DNA of 63,937 nucleotides, counting the filler, from Vicugna vicugna (Eukaryota): NCBI GenBank assembly GCA_013265495.1. It is 78 parts of 75 records of this genome, joined end to end, with 100 filler letters (N's around TTAATTAATTAA, not from the genome) between each part and the next. Parts side by side here need not be neighbours in the genome. Positions count along the whole stretch, not along the records: positions 37,886 to 38,303 come from PNXW01012457.1; positions 38,404 to 39,486 come from MU060037.1; positions 39,587 to 40,150 come from MU060038.1; positions 40,251 to 41,791 come from MU060039.1; positions 41,892 to 42,645 come from PNXW01012497.1; positions 42,746 to 43,575 come from PNXW01012498.1; positions 43,676 to 44,162 come from PNXW01012499.1; positions 44,263 to 45,088 come from MU060041.1; 70 more parts are not named here. The stretch is one strand, 5' to 3'. How positions within the stretch are numbered: position 1 is the stretch's first letter; each line of letters begins with the position of its first letter. Shown in pieces: positions 37,786 to 49,098 of the stretch. The notes beneath the pieces were generated by a model. That model was given only the letters and a program-made list of their open reading frames with translations, was not told the DNA's origin and ran no database searches. The translations under genes and the position numbers were made by a program.

Positions 37786-37885
37786 NNNNNNNNNNNNNNN
37801 NNNNNNNNNNNNNNNNNNNNNNNNNNNNNTTAATTAATTAANNNNNNNNNNNNNNNNNNNNNNNNNNNNNNNNNNNNNNNNNNNN

Positions 37886-38303
37886 CAGCCTCCTTCACTT
37901 AGGTTTTTGGAAACCCAGAGTTTCTGGCCATGGGGAATTAGGCTAGTTCCATATCTAAGGTGAGGCAAAAACTCCAGGGCTCTTTTCCATTGCAAATCGC
38001 TTTTACTTGAGACCGGCTTTAAGAATCATGCTGAGAAATCAGAGTAAGTGTTTCTGCATGCCACTCTACCTTTTATGCTGGATGAAAGAACGTCTCTCCA
38101 CATACTCACTTCTGACATCTCAATCTGTGTGGAAGCTGTTGTAAAACTACTAGATTTTTGGGAACACAGAGCTTCTGTCTTAGAGCATCTACACTACTTA
38201 CATATGTAAGGGGAGGCACAAGCTCCAACAAGGTTATCCACAGCAAACAGCTTTTACTTTGAAACCGGCACTTGAAAACATACAGAGAAATCAGAGAATG
38301 TGT
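37886..38303 (+). repeat. Diverged satellite B-related monomers (~251 bp)
   Basis: GCTGGATGAAAGAACGTCTCTCCACAT and GGGGAGGCACAAGCTCCAAC are shared with B; adjacent monomers are divergent. Confidence 0.8.
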
Positions 38304-39107
38304 NNNNNNNNNNNNNNNNNNNNNNNNNNNNNNNNNNNNNNNNNNNNTTAATTAATTAANNNNNNNNNNNNNNNNNNNNNNNNNNNNNNNNNNNNNNNNN
38401 NNNTTCACATCCTCACACCTCCCCTCAGCCTTCAACCCATTCTCTTCTTTCTCCTGAGTGTCAGGGGATCTCCTGGCCTCTACGTGTTGATTGATTTGAG
38501 TGGAAGATGGTCAACACTGCTTTGGGTGGCACCAGAGTAGGTTAAGTGCTGTCACTCAGACTAAACAGCAAAAGAAATATTGTCTTCTAGCTTTAAATGT
38601 ATTTTATGCCCCTCCCCTCNNNNNNNNNNNNNNNNNNNNNNNNNNNNNNNNNNNNNNNNNNNNNNNNNNNNNNNNNNNNNNNNNNNNNNNNNNNNNNNNN
38701 NNNNNNNNNNNNNNNNNNNNNNNNNNNNNNNNNNNNNNNNNNNNNNNNNNNNNNNNNNNNNNNNNNNNNNNNNNNNNNNNNNNNNNNNNNNNNNNNNNNN
38801 NNNNNNNNNNNNNNNNNNNNNNNNNNNNNNNNNCACACACACACACAACTTAATTGACAAGTTTATCTGATGCCTTTAAATCTTGAGTATTATTTTTTGA
38901 TGGCCACTTCAAAAGTGGAAAGCTATTAAAGGAAGAGAAATGAAGCATCTGAGTATTCAAAGCCAATATAATTTGGAATGTGTTTCTTAGTACTCATCTT
39001 CATCTTTAAGAAATTGACCATTTTCACTGCCCACTTATAATTGCCAATAAAATCCAACTAAAGAAAACATGAACCAAGTACCAAATGAAATAATTTGTCT
39101 ATTTCAG

Positions 39108-39160
39108 GTCTGCCCCCCAGCTTTGATCTGGAGGAGGGCATCACGTATGCACAGATGCAG
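39108..39160 (+). CDS. Candidate 53-bp internal coding exon (xLPPSFDLEEGITYAQMQ), gene unknown
   Basis: Acceptor TTTGTCTATTTCAG| and donor CAG|GTGAGG; the phase 1-to-0 frame is open. Confidence 0.5.
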
Positions 39161-39586
39161 GTGAGGTTTCTGCACCNNNNNNNNNNNNNNNNNNNNNNNN
39201 NNNNNNNNNNNNNNNNNNNNNNNNNNNNNNNNNNNNNNNNNNNNNNNNNNNNNNNACTGTGATTGGTCCTAGAGGAAAGTGGGTATTACAATTTGATTTC
39301 TAACAGGTGAGATCCAGGGTTTGCTTTCAAATATTAAAGTTCAGTTTAGAACTTAGAATTCACCCCACCAAAGTTAAGTTAAATCTGGCAGCCCATGCTG
39401 GGCAGGGGACTCATGGACAGAATCCCCAGGATGAATAGTTTCAGCAACTGCTTGGACTTTCCTGAGAACCCACTTCTGGCAAGCTTNNNNNNNNNNNNNN
39501 NNNNNNNNNNNNNNNNNNNNNNNNNNNNNNTTAATTAATTAANNNNNNNNNNNNNNNNNNNNNNNNNNNNNNNNNNNNNNNNNNNN

Positions 39587-40150
39587 GTTTTCACTCTAAA
39601 ACCGACTTGGAGCTTGTACCACCCCATATATATGTATGCAGTGGAGTTTGCCACTGAAGAGAAAATTTGTGTTCCTTTCAAGATAGGTGAAGGACGGCTT
39701 TCACACACACATATCTCTCAGAACTGAGCATGTGGAGAGACGTTCATTCATCCAGGAAAAGTGGAACGGGTGGCAGGATAAACACGTACTCTGGTTTCTC
39801 AGTCTGTTTCCTAGTGCCGGTTTGAAGTTCCTGCGGTTTTCACTGTAAAACAGTGTTGGAGCTTGTACCTCCCCTTATATATGTACGGAGTGGAGTTTGA
39901 AACTGAAATGATACTTTGTGTTCCCTTCAAGCAAGGTGAAGGACGGCTTTCACACACACTTATCTCTCAGAACTGAGCATGGGAAGATACGTTTCTTCAT
40001 CTAGCAAAAAGGGAACGGGTGGCAGGATAAACACGTACTCTGGTTTCTCAGTCTGTTTCCTAGTGCCGGTTTGAAGTGCCTGCCGTTTTCACTGTAAAAC
40101 CGAGTTGGAGCTTGTACCTCCCCATATATATGTATGGAGTGGAGTTTGCA
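39587..40150 (-). repeat. Satellite B (249-bp), reference array
   Basis: GTTTTCAC anchor at 39587, 39836 and 40085 gives an exact 249-bp period. Confidence 0.96.
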
Positions 40151-40250
40151 NNNNNNNNNNNNNNNNNNNNNNNNNNNNNNNNNNNNNNNNNNNNTTAATT
40201 AATTAANNNNNNNNNNNNNNNNNNNNNNNNNNNNNNNNNNNNNNNNNNNN

Positions 40251-40795
40251 AGGCTCCGAGGTACTTTCAGACTTACCCAGCCCTGGCGAAGTCGAATTTA
40301 TGGGAGACACGAAGAGAAGTTGGCCGAAATGTTGGCTGCACGGATTGAGGAGAGATGCGAACACATGGATGAGAGATGTTCTGCTACAATGGAGAACACT
40401 GTCGTGGAGACAGCTGTAGAGGATACCAGGCTCAAAAGACATTCATGAGACTTATTGAACCTCGCTGATACTGACAGAAACATACGGAGTGCCAACGTGG
40501 ACTTGAGGAAGTTCCTCAATTCTCTTCTCCAAGAACGGGTCCAAGGTCCCTGACGTCTGCAAGAGAAGAGATGGCAGAGATGATCAAAACGCTCCTGTTC
40601 TTGGAAGAGGTCNNNNNNNNNNNNNNNNNNNNNNNNNNNNNNNNNNNNNNNNNNNNNNNNNNNNNNNNNNTTTTCCAAGGTTTGGACCTAGCTAGAAAGC
40701 ACTTGCCTTCCCTCCTCTCCACTCAGGCATCCATTTGGAAGGATCAGTACCTGAGCTGCAATGAAGCCATTACGAGAAGAGTAAGCCCCTCCTAG
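40251..40795 (+). pseudogene. cTAGE-family (MIA2/cTAGE5-derived) diverged retrocopy, disabled
   Basis: RSRIYGRHEEKLAEMLAARIEERC resembles cTAGE5 RSRLYVGREKKLALMLSGLIEEKS, and later EEMAEMIKTLLFLEE resembles ELMADISKRIQSLED. No introns are evident. In-frame TGA at 40446 and a frameshift near 40540. Confidence 0.75.
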
Positions 40796-41891
40796 AATCA
40801 GAGTACCTCCAGCTTCACACTCAGTGAAAAACAGTGAACTCCTTAAAGGTCAAATAGTCTCGGCTGAAATAGATAGGAATTGAATACTTAGCTCACACCT
40901 AGAAACGATGGCCTTCCGCTAGATTCAGCAAATGTNNNNNNNNNNNNNNNNNNNNNNNNNNNNNNNNNNNNNNNNNNNNNNNNNNNNNNNNNNNNNNNNN
41001 NNNNNNNNNNNNNNNNNNNNNNNNNNNNNNNNNNNNNNNNNNNNNNNNNNNNNNNNNNNNNNNNNNNNNNNNNNNNNNNNNNNNNNNNNNNNNNNNNNNN
41101 NNNNNNNNNNNNNNNNNNNNNNNNNNNNNNNNNNNNNNNNNNNNNNNNNNNNNNNNNNNNNNNNNNNNNNNNNNNNNNNNNNNNNNNNNNNNNNNNNNNN
41201 NNNNNNNNNNNNNNNNNNNNNNNNNNNNNNNNNNNNNNNNNNNNNNNNNNNNNNNNNNNNNNNNNNNNNNNNNNNNNNNNNNNNNNNNNNNNNNNNNNNN
41301 NNNNNNNNNNNNNNNNNNNNNNNNNNNNNNNNNNNNNNNNNNNNNNNNNNNNNNNNNNNNNNNNNNNNNNNNNNNNNNNNNNNNNNNNNNNNNNNNNNNN
41401 NNNNNNNNNNNNNNNNNNNNNNNNNNNNNNNNNNNNNNNNNNNNNNNNNNNNNNNNNNNNNNNNNNNNNNNNNNNNNNNNNNNNNNNNNNNNNNNNNNNN
41501 NNNNNNNNNNNNNNNNNNNNNNNNNNNNNNNNNNNNNNNNNNNNNNNNNNNNNNNNNNNNNNNNNNNNNNNNNNNNNNNNNNNNNNNNNNNNNNNNNNNN
41601 NNNNNNNNNNNNNNNNNNNNNNNNNNNNNNNNNNNNNNNNNNNNNNNNNNNNNNNNNNNNNNNNNNNNNNNNNNNNNNNNNNNNNNNNNNNNNNNNNNNN
41701 NNNNNNNNNNNNNNNNNNNNNNNNNNNNNNNNNNNNNNNNTCAGTGGTCTTCGGACAATCCCTCCCACCATGGCTGTATAGAAACAAAGAGNNNNNNNNN
41801 NNNNNNNNNNNNNNNNNNNNNNNNNNNNNNNNNNNTTAATTAATTAANNNNNNNNNNNNNNNNNNNNNNNNNNNNNNNNNNNNNNNNNNNN

Positions 41892-42645
41892 TCTCTATTC
41901 TATATTCTATATGCTGTGTTCTAAATTCTATATTCTGCATCCCATATTCTGCATACCGATTCTATATTCTATATACTGTGTTCTACATTCTATATTCTAA
42001 TTTCTATATTCAGTATTTCGTATTCTATATTCTAAATTCTGTGTTCTGCATTCCATGTTCTAAATGCTGGGTTCTATATTCTCTATTCTATATTATATAT
42101 TTTGTCTTCATCATTCTATTTTCTATATTCTATATACTATATTCTGCATTCCGTATTCTATATTGTATATTCTGAGATCTACATTCTATATTCTAAATTC
42201 TATATCCAGTATTCTGTATTATATATTCTGTGTTCTGCATTCTATGTTCTAAATTCTATATTCATCATTCTGTATTGTATATTCTAAATTCTGTGTTCTG
42301 CATTCCATGATGTAAATTCTGGGTTCTGCATACTGATTTCCATATTCTATATTCTGTGTTCTATATTCTATATTCTGCCTACTCTATTCAGTATAATGTA
42401 TTCTATATTCTAAATTCTGTTTTCTGCATTCCATGTACTAATTTCTGGTTCTATATTCAGTATACTATACTCTAAATTCTGTGTTCTGCATTCTGTATTC
42501 TAAATTCTATATTCAGTATTCTGCATTCTATACTCTTAATTCTGTGTACTTCATTCCATGTTCTAAATGCTGGTTTCTGTATTCTCTATTCTATATTATG
42601 TATTTTGTGTTCATCATTCTATATTCTATATTCTTTATAGTGCAT
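41892..42645 (+). repeat. Satellite E (heptamer)
   Basis: 7-bp periodicity. Confidence 0.95.
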
Positions 42646-42745
42646 NNNNNNNNNNNNNNNNNNNNNNNNNNNNNNNNNNNNNNNNNNNNTTAATTAATTA
42701 ANNNNNNNNNNNNNNNNNNNNNNNNNNNNNNNNNNNNNNNNNNNN

Positions 42746-43575
42746 TAAAGGATTCTACTGGAACCCAGGCGCTGCTTTCAGTTGGAAGAATTTCCCCACA
42801 CTCAGGAATCTGGAACTCAGCCTTGAGTGGGGGGGATATGTGGGGCCCCACACCACGCAGATTTACGTAGGCACAGGTTTTCCCCTTTAGGGAGATGTCC
42901 TCTTGGTATCTCTTCAGTCAATCAGGGGACGCTAGCTTGTACTTGGCCTCCAAGCCTAGCCCCAAGCTTTAGCTTACAGCCAGGCCTAGGGAAACACAGT
43001 GAATACCTACTAAATTATTTTATTAGAACCCAGGTACTGCTGTCAGTTGCAGCAGCCTCCACAAACTCAGGATTACTGAACAGGCCTTCTAGTTTGTCCT
43101 GGATTTGGGGAAAGAATGTCCACGATTCTTTATGGGGGCCAGGTGTTCCCAGTTTGGGGTTGTAGTTTAAACATCTTCACTACCCATAGAAAGGCTCGCC
43201 GTAATACTTGGCTTTAGAGCCCATACTCCACCATCGCTCAAAGACTGGCATATGAAAACACTCAGGGAGGCCAACCTTAGGGATCCTAATAGATCCCAGT
43301 TGCTGCTGTCAGTTGGAGGAGCCACCCACACTCAGAAAGCAAGAAAACTTCTTCGTGTGTGTGCTGGAGGAGTGGAAAGAGAGCCTAAGCTGCTTTCAGG
43401 GCGCACAGATATAAGATATTATCGTTGGTTGCAGGAAAAACACCTCCTATTCACATGGAGTGGAACTCGTTAATATTTGGTTTTAGAGACCAAACCCACT
43501 TTATTTCGCACTCTGGCCTAGCTAAAACAAAGGGAAGATAAGGAATTCTATTACAGGCCATGCACTGCTGTCATT
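42746..43575 (+). repeat. Satellite C, more diverged monomers
   Basis: CCCAG...CTGCTGTCAGTTG motif recurring at about 265-bp intervals. Confidence 0.85.
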
Positions 43576-43884
43576 NNNNNNNNNNNNNNNNNNNNNNNNN
43601 NNNNNNNNNNNNNNNNNNNTTAATTAATTAANNNNNNNNNNNNNNNNNNNNNNNNNNNNNNNNNNNNNNNNNNNNGTGGGGGAGGCGGTGTTCAATCATT
43701 GCCCTTTTTTTTAATATACTTACAAATTATGGGAAATGCTATTAAAAGAACAAAATGAGTCAATGAAAGTGAAAAATACAAGGACAGTATTTAGGCTGAG
43801 GGAAGACAGGGAACCTCTATGAAGAGCTGACACTCCACTGAGACCCAAAGGACAACTCCGGTGCTACAGGTGAAGGGCAGGGAC

Positions 43885-44162
43885 ACACTGATAAAGGGCA
43901 GACATCCAGAATATACCAAAATTTCTTTAAACTCAACAAGAAGGATGAATAACCTGATTAAAAAATGACCAAAATGCCTGAACACACACCTCATCAAAGA
44001 AGAAATCTAGATGCCAAAGAAGTCTATGGAAAGATGCTCCACAGCATCTGTCATCAAGGGGATGCAGACTGAAACAGCGAGGTATCACTGCACACCTGTC
44101 AGAACTTGCAAAACATGCAAAACGCAGAACACTGACAGCACCAAATGCTGGTGAGGATGTGG
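43885..44162 (+). mobile_element. Old LINE-1 (L1M-type) ORF2 3' fragment
   Basis: CTGATAAAGG...CCAGAATATA...AAACTCAACA...AACCTGATTAAAAAATG...AAATGCTGGTGAGGATGTGG. Confidence 0.82.
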
Positions 44163-45189
44163 NNNNNNNNNNNNNNNNNNNNNNNNNNNNNNNNNNNNNN
44201 NNNNNNTTAATTAATTAANNNNNNNNNNNNNNNNNNNNNNNNNNNNNNNNNNNNNNNNNNNNCTTCATTATCACATCTAATCCCTGCATTATGGATTATC
44301 ACCATTTATGTTGAGGACACTCCCACTGGTTAATCTTGAATACAAGTATCTTTGATTCTCTTAATCTATTTCATTCCTGAGTTTCCTGTTCCTGAATTTA
44401 AAGAGTGAATTATGGACACATGTATTTAAGATTCTCTTATTATATGTATCTGACTCATCCTCTAACCAAATCATATCTGGAGAAGAGAGATTTTCTCTTT
44501 TAAACATTTGCTTTTTCTTATTATATAGTAGTGCATACACACGGTGGAAAATGTAGAAAACATATAAAGTAAGAAAAATATAGTCATACATTATCTAAAC
44601 ACCCAAGGAGAATGCTATGCTATTTTGGGCATTTAACTATTTTCTTAATATTTTATCATAAAATTTCCCTAGGGCAAGTTGCTTAGCCCTGGAATTGTAC
44701 TAGCATTTTGTCAAGTACAGAATAACTTTCCCACAAATGACCCCAATATAAAAATAGTNNNNNNNNNNNNNNNNNNNNNNNNNNNNNNNNNNNNNNNNNN
44801 NNNNNNNNNNNNNNNNNNNNNNNNNNNNNNNNNNNNNNNNNNNNNNNNNNNNNNNNNNNNNNNNNNNNNNNNNNNNNNNNNNNNNNNNNNNNNNNNNNNN
44901 NNNNNNNNNNNNNNNNNNNNNNTGCTGGGGAAAGGGGGAGCCTGGATTACAGCATCACTGTACTTCATTTGCTCCCAGAATCCTTCTCAAGAAACCCACA
45001 TGGAACTGGGGGGTGGAGGCAGGTGAGTTATGGTGAAATTCACTTCATTATGTTCCTTTAGACATATTTAAATAGCATGAAAATAGTCNNNNNNNNNNNN
45101 NNNNNNNNNNNNNNNNNNNNNNNNNNNNNNNNTTAATTAATTAANNNNNNNNNNNNNNNNNNNNNNNNNNNNNNNNNNNNNNNNNNNNT

Positions 45190-45264
45190 AATGGGGCTTG
45201 AACCCAGGACCTTGTACATGCTTAGCACGTGCTGTATCACTGAGTTATACCCAACCTTCCCCCC
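45190..45264 (-). mobile_element. Vic-1-like SINE head
   Basis: GGGGCTTGAACCCAGGACCTTGTACATGCT...CACTGAGTTATACCC is antisense to the 22382 element. Confidence 0.85.
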
Positions 45265-45582
45265 GATATTTGTGTTTTTAGAGGGCATAATGTGCTGGTA
45301 GCAGGTACTTTAGTGTCAGACACAGTCACCTGCCTCTGACCATCACATTAATACCTTTCCCTTGAGCTAGAGAGCTAGTCTGTTTCCAAAAGTTCAATAA
45401 ATTATCTACATATTCTTTTTTCTTAAAAAAAGGAATTAACTCATGTAAGTATCGCCTATAAATAAAATGTGATTTTATTAACCATTTACCAAAGTGTTAA
45501 GTGTAATAAATATTAAGTACAGATTTCTGAAGCATCAGTCATCACTGAAGATCCACATTCTGCTGTTCTGTCTCTCTGTTAG

Positions 45583-45719
45583 TCACCTTACTTTTGGAGT
45601 TCTGGAAGCGGCGCCAGGCAGAACTTGAGTACAAATGGGACACGGTTGAGCAGGAAGAACAAGTCCGGCCAGAATAGGAGGCGCGGTGTCCCCATGTGGA
45701 TATAGATGAGATTACCCAG
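45583..45719 (+). pseudogene. ANO6: Disabled unprocessed copy of an anoctamin-6 (TMEM16F) exon
   Basis: Translates [45 protein letters not shown] versus ANO6 [48 protein letters not shown]. The upstream polypyrimidine/AG acceptor is intact. TAG at 45675, and GA replaces GT after the exon. Confidence 0.88.
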
Positions 45720-45846
45720 GAAAAGCGGGCGCTGTTTAGATGCACTNNNNNNNNNNNNNNNNNNNNNNNNNNNNNNNNNNNNNNNNNNNNTTAATTAATT
45801 AANNNNNNNNNNNNNNNNNNNNNNNNNNNNNNNNNNNNNNNNNNNN

Positions 45847-46436
45847 AAAAGTGATTCATTACCCAGAAATTAATCAATATGATACACCAAAGTAACAAAT
45901 TGAAAAATAAAAATTTTATGGTCACCTCAAAAGGGTTATAAAATGTTTTGACAAATTCAATATCTATTTATGATTATATTTCTCCTCAAATTGGGTATGA
46001 GGAAACATACCTCAACACATTTAAGGTCGCATATGACAAGTATTCAGCTAACATGACACTCACTGAAAAACTGAAAACATCTGCTGTAAGAGCAGGAAGA
46101 AGACAAGATTGTTCACACTTTCCACTGTTATTCAGTATCGTATTGGAAATTCTAGCCATAGCTATCCAAATGAAAGTAAATGAAATATAGCTATTTCAGA
46201 AAAGGAGTAAAGGAATCTGTTTGCAGATGAAATACTTAATTTAAACAGAAATCCGAAAGGAGATGCCACAATACTACATGGGCTTTTCAATGCATTTGGT
46301 AAAATTTCAGAATGTAAAATTAACATACAGAAATCTTTCATTTCTAGACACTAACAACAAGCTAACAGATAGAAAAAGTGAGGAAACTTTTTCATTTACT
46401 GTTGCATTACAAAAAAAAATCAAGAAATATATCCAA
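45847..46436 (+). mobile_element. LINE-1 ORF2 RT-region fragment, degenerate
   Basis: GRRQDCSHFPLLFSIVLEILAIAI resembles L1 [35 protein letters not shown] (FADD motif remnant) near 46220. Confidence 0.88.
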
Positions 46437-48167
46437 NNNNNNNNNNNNNNNNNNNNNNNNNNNNNNNNNNNNNNNNNNNNTTAATTAATTAANNNNNNNN
46501 NNNNNNNNNNNNNNNNNNNNNNNNNNNNNNNNNNNNATGAACAACCCATACTATATCAATTAGCATAACTTCATTTTGATTATGCTTATCTCACAATTCT
46601 TCAAGTGCGCAGGACACATCCTCTTGTTGAAATGAAGCTTCTAAAGTTTCTCAGCTCTGCATTTTTCTCTAAGTCATTTTGGAGTGTTTCCAAGACAGCA
46701 AACTGAGAGTGCGCTTGTGCTTTGTAGTGCCACGGGAATGTCCCAATGGAACCAGAAATTCCCAGAGTTTCTCTGTCTACAGAAACAACAGTGGAAGCAT
46801 ATCTATGGATGTCACACATCAGGGTCCGCTGGAATTTTCCTGCAGACCTACCTTGTTATTCCTTGGTGCCGTACAGTGCCGCTGCCATCCTAACTGCCAT
46901 CCTTATCATACGCTTTTGGGAGATAGTGCTGAAAGAAATGCTTCCTCTTCTCATGCTGTGGTCTTGGACCACTTTTCCTTTTCCTCTCATCCTTGTGGCA
47001 CGGGTGCATGAAGGCAACCACAGACATGTTGCGTATCCTGTGCCTCAAACCAAACCATAATCCCATCCCAGGTTTTGAATGCAGCAGATCCTAAGGCTTT
47101 TCATTCTGATTTCAAACACAAGGCCCCCTGGACCCCTCAGACCAGATGCAGGATAGCTCNNNNNNNNNNNNNNNNNNNNNNNNNNNNNNNNNNNNNNNNN
47201 NNNNNNNNNNNNNNNNNNNNNNNNNNNNNNNNNNNNNNNNNNNNNNNNNNNNNNNNNNNNNNNNNNNNNNNNNNNNNNNNNNNNNNNNNNNNNNNNNNNN
47301 NNNNNNNNNNNNNNNNNNNNNNNNNNNNNNNNNNNNNNNNNNNNNNNNNNNNNNNNNNNNNNNNNNNNNNNNNNNNNNNNNNNNNNNNNNNNNNNNNNNN
47401 NNNNNNNNNNNNNNNNNNNNNNNNNNNNNNNNNNNNNNNNNNNNNNNNNNNNNNNNNNNNNNNNNNNNNNNNNNNNNNNNNNNNNNNNNNNNNNNNNNNN
47501 NNNNNNNNNNNNNNNNNNNNNNNNNNNNNNNNNNNNNNNNNNNNNNNNNNNNNNNNNNNNNNNNNNNNNNNNNNNNNNNNNNNNNNNNNNNNNNNNNNNN
47601 NNNNNNNNNNNNNNNNNNNNNNNNNNNNNNNNNNNNNNNNNNNNNNNNNNNNNNNNNNNNNNNNNNNNNNNNNNNNNNNNNNNNNNNNNNNNNNNNNNNN
47701 NNNNNNNNNNNNNNNNNNNNNNNNNNNNNNNNNNNNNNNNNNNNNNNNNNNNNNNNNNNNNNNNNNNNNNNNNNNNNNNNNNNNNNNNNNNNNNNNNNNN
47801 NNNNNNNNNNNNNNNNNNNNNNNNNNNNNNNNNNNNNNNNNNNNNNNNNNNNNNNNNNNNNNNNNNNNNNNNNNNNNNNNNNNNNNNNNNNNNNNNNNNN
47901 NNNNNNNNNNNNNNNNNNNNNNNNNNNNNNNNNNNNNNNNNNNNNNNNNNNNNNNNNNNNNNNNNNNNNNNNNNNNNNNNNNNNNNNNNNNNTTTTTGAA
48001 GCACACTCAATCGACCTAGAACCCAGACTTGTCAATTTTCTAACATTTTGTCAGCTCTACGGAAAACNNNNNNNNNNNNNNNNNNNNNNNNNNNNNNNNN
48101 NNNNNNNNNNNTTAATTAATTAANNNNNNNNNNNNNNNNNNNNNNNNNNNNNNNNNNNNNNNNNNNN

Positions 48168-48998
48168 CCTTATTAATTTTCTGTGTGAAAGACAAATCCA
48201 GTGATGGTAATGCGGAGTTATAGTCTCCTACTGTGCTTGTGTTCCCAGGGATTTCTCTCTATTAATCTATTAGCATTTGCCTTTTTTTTAGGTACTCCTA
48301 TATTGAGTGATTATATCTTAATTTGTATAATACCCTCATTGTTTATTGCTCCTTTAATCATTATATCATGTCCTTGTTTATTTTCCTCTATGGCCTTTGT
48401 TGTAAAGTCTCTTTTGTGTGAAGTCAGTACTGCTTGTCCTGCTTTCTTGTCATGTGCATTTGCATGGAATATAGTTTTCCATCTTCTAACTTTCAATTGA
48501 TGTGTGTTCCTCTTACTAAAGTGGGTCTCTTGTATGCTTCATAATTTAGGGTCTTGTTATATTATCCCATCTGACAATATATATCTTTTGATTGAAGCAT
48601 TAAGTCCATTAACATTTGTTATAGTTATTGAAAGACTGGTGTTTATTTCCATTTTGAACTTCATTTTCCAGTTGATTTTGTATTTATTTTTGTTCATTTC
48701 TTTTTCTTTTTGTGACTTGATAAATTTTCTTTTATTATCTTGGNNNNNNNNNNNNNNNACTTCATTGTAAGATTTTGACTTATGGTTACCTTGTTTTGTA
48801 TTTATATTGACCCATACCATATCTGTTTATTATAACTGATAAGAATACAAACTAAAACCCATTCTACAGAGAAGAGAAACAAGAAAAAACACACTGTATT
48901 GACCTGTTTCATTCTGCGACCCTTAAAACTTTTGATGTCTTGTTTTACATAACCTTATTTATTCTTTTGTAAGTCTTTGTAACTATTGCCTTTGTAAT
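48168..48998 (-). mobile_element. LINE-1 ORF2 endonuclease N-terminus and upstream spacer, degenerate
   Basis: SITITNVNGLNASIKR and WKTIFHANAHDKKAG match the L1 APE endonuclease N-terminus. Confidence 0.92.
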
Positions 48999-49098
48999 NN
49001 NNNNNNNNNNNNNNNNNNNNNNNNNNNNNNNNNNNNNNNNNNTTAATTAATTAANNNNNNNNNNNNNNNNNNNNNNNNNNNNNNNNNNNNNNNNNNNN

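Noticed and set aside
40251..40612. Contaminant from a TGA=Trp organism such as a haemotropic Mycoplasma, since the frame is interrupted only by TGA
   Set aside because: The peptide is better explained by similarity to mammalian cTAGE5, which continues in another frame after a frameshift.
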